Below are positions 61,352 through 64,000 of a DNA stretch of 64,000 bases, piece by piece (positions within the stretch are counted from its first letter, which is position 1; each line of letters begins with the position of its first letter). Made by a program: the position numbers and the translations under genes. The notes below the pieces were generated by a model, which was not told the DNA's origin, made no database searches, and was given only the letters and a program-made list of their open reading frames with translations. Origin of the DNA: Amphiscolops sp. MND2022 (taxonomy: Eukaryota); contig OZ076414.1 of the NCBI GenBank assembly GCA_964187785.1, positions 60,326,001 to 60,390,000 of the forward strand. The letters are read 5' to 3'.

Positions 61352-62025
61352 TGTAACGTCAAGCTAGCGGCTTAGTTGCCTTGACAGGACACCATAATCT
61401 TACAACAACGCTAGACACCAGCTTTTGTCCCAGTAAGGGTCCCCTAGAGGACTTTCCAAACGTCAGGGAGGCTTCTCGTTTAGAGCTCCGTGGCGACACG
61501 CCGGCATACTCAAAGTCAGGACACGTTCCACAAGCATGTAAAAACGATCCCTATGGTTCCTGCGACTTCCTACATACATCCGAGGTCCAAAAAGGGTTTT
61601 CAGCTAAAGTACATTCTTTTGAGGCTGAATGATGGAATTGAGGGATCTACCAGATCCTACATCATGGTACACCTGCAATATAACATTAATAACCCACGAA
61701 TTGAACCAGTACCAAAATTTGCAGCAAAATTAAAAAGCATTAGGTCTGCAGAACAGTCCATGGTAAAGTTGTACGTTGCTTCCGGGCTCCACAGTGTCTG
61801 CGTCTCTGCCAAACACTCGGTTGGGACTTTCTGGGAGGGATGGTACAACACTGGGATCCGTGGGTTTTCCGTCAGTATCTTCTTGCTTTTTCAGTGTTCT
61901 CAAGGTCAGGGGTGTGTGTGTGTCTTCATTGTGCACCATCTTCTCGACTAATGTCTGGTAATTAATTTGATCATATCGAATTTTTCAAAATTTTGAACCG
62001 GTCCACCAAACTGGTGCACGTTACT
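61352..62025 (-). repeat. Diverged solo LTR related to the 706-bp family A LTR
   Basis: Starts TGTAACGTCAAGCTAGC. Colinear blocks (TTAGAGCTCCGTGGC, ACTCAAAGTC.GGACACGT.CCACAAGCA) and end TGGTG.ACGTTAC match 13936-14641. No PPT or PBS beside it. Confidence 0.75.
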
Positions 62026-62099
62026 GTCAGTGATCGATGGGTTTGTCGGAAGTGGTTCTAATGTTCTCGTTAGTGAATTCAGATTTCTACCTCGATCAA

Positions 62100-62410
62100 T
62101 TTTGTCAAACCATCCAGGTTCAACGGATGATGCAATTCATATATTTTTTTCGAAAGTAAATCCTGGAGACGCCAATTTCATCTCCAGATGAAGGAGAACA
62201 GTGAAAAAGGACCAACTTCGCAGCACATCAAGAACATGTTATTGCTCCTCCAAGCAAAAGGACAAAACACCTGAAGATCTCAAATCTTTATTTCTGGAAA
62301 CATCTTTGCTAGATCAGGTAGTAAAAGCAGGTAGAGAAAATCCTATAAGAGAGCGCTTACTGCAAGATAACGTTTCTCTGGAAGAATGCCTAAAAATTGC
62401 GAAGCGAATT
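62100..62410 (+). pseudogene. Possible relic of a retrotransposon gag capsid segment
   Basis: IRERLLQDNVSLEECLKIAKRIE resembles the IRERLL..LTLEKA..IA..E gag motif. Short and degenerate. Confidence 0.35.
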
Positions 62411-64000
62411 GAACCGGGATTTTCTACATCTGTTCTATTCAAAAACACAAACTACACTAAAACTGCTCATAGTTTTACTCACACTGTACAGCTGTTTAAT
62501 TTTATAGTCTGTCAACAAAAGCAACAAAAGCATAAATTTTCTTTATGGTTTCAAACTACATTTCACTCACAATAGAGAGTGGAACAAGAACTGCAAAGTT
62601 TGCAACTAAATCGGTCGTTTGCAAAAGTGTGTCGAAGTGAAAGCTCAAATATTATGGTTGCAAACTCTTCGGAAGATCATTCTTCAATATCGTTACTCTT
62701 ACTGTAAGTAGTCCTTCCGGATTTCTTCAAACAATCCCTACAGTTTGACAACAAAAAGGATGTATTTGTTGTTGAAACTGATGCCAAGGCATCAACTGTT
62801 TGTAAAGATTCGCTTGACAAATTATTCCCAGACAAAAAGTGCACTTATAACTATTGAAGACTTACTGATTTTGGTGGTTCAGCTATTGATACTCATTGAA
62901 TTCTAATTTCGAAGTTACGAACGTTTTTTCATCATTCGGACTTTTATGTATCGTGGTATTTCTTTGACTGGTATCGATGTACTAAACAAACTAAATTCCG
63001 CAATTCTGGTAAACGATGAACAATTGAATGGTGTACATACTTGCATACCAGAGACAAGCTTAGGAAGTTATCTTAAACACAAGTTTCAAAAATTGTTTGA
63101 TTCTTACATGCAAAGAACTTTTTGGTTCCAGCAATCGACGCAGCATTTGCTCTTCTTACTTCAAAAGCTCGTCAAATCCTTTTTGCAATGAAAGACCATG
63201 TCAAGAAGGATTTTTGCACAGTTTGTTCACTGGGTGTTCTTCAACCATGTACCAATGCCGATATTGACAGCTATCACGTTGTTTCATGGAGAAAAAAGGG
63301 AAAAAATTGGCTTTGCTGTGACTCGCGAGAGGTACACAAAGCATTAAAGAAAGATCCCTACCCCTTACATTGAGTCTAAATAAAGTGATAGCTAACTTTG
63401 AAACATGTGAATTTGAGAAGAAGAACAAACAATGGCGTGACCTAAAACTTGGTATGAATGAATTTGCTATTGTTGAAAACAATTTGACTTGACAATCACT
63501 GAAATGAAAGTTCGTCACGATAAACTCACTAGTTACTGCTCGGGTTTTATTCACTATCGACCTCTTGCCGAGTAATTTTTCTTCAAAAGCTGATTTGTAT
63601 AGTTTACCACATGAAAAGGTTGCTTTCAAATGGATAGAGGGTCTTACAGAACGAACAATTCAATTGCTTTCAAAAATATCACTTCGTGGCTAAATTCTCT
63701 AGTAGACACGATTGATACAAGTGATGGTTGCAAAAAAAAAAAGAAAATGGCGATCAAAAATTGTTAATTTTTTGTTACAATATTTCGAACAAAAGCTTAC
63801 GATTCGTGTACTGGAACTACTAGCTTGTATTTATACTTGGGAGAGGTTCGGAGGAGTCTTGTAGGGTAAAACTTCGCATTGAAGGATGACCATATATCCC
63901 TAGTGTAGCTTATTAATGGTAAAAGTGACGGTGTTTGTCCATTGAGACTTGCACGTTGGTTTGCCGGGTTATACGCTACGATGTTACTGTATCAGACAAA

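Overview
Animal (metazoan) genomic DNA, almost entirely built from very large Ty3/Gypsy LTR retrotransposons on the minus strand, plus one intronless DEG/ENaC channel gene (35956-37470). Family A (1-14641) is a decayed gag-pol element. It has a ~3-kb leader, a 706-bp LTR, and a long 3' cargo region that includes a TARG1-like macro-domain ORF. Its LTR has a polypurine tract on one side and a PBS on the other, and this whole junction is repeated as a 5.8-kb inverted repeat around a 200-N scaffold gap. Family C occurs as an old 3'-truncated copy (C1, 23569-35386) and a complete copy (C2, 37756-60333). C2 has 2.13-kb LTRs, a near-perfect 5-bp target-site duplication and a 6.9-kb internal tandem duplication. 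Best candidate for a new system: family C carries an antisense 7-exon spliced gene (~1057 aa when reconstructed). Its splice sites and intron phases are conserved between the two diverged subfamilies. The product has a C2H2 zinc finger and, by eye, looks like a catalytically dead hAT-type transposase. Family C also starts Gag 127 codons inside the LTR, so the PBS lies within the coding sequence. All alignments were made by eye and no database was searched.
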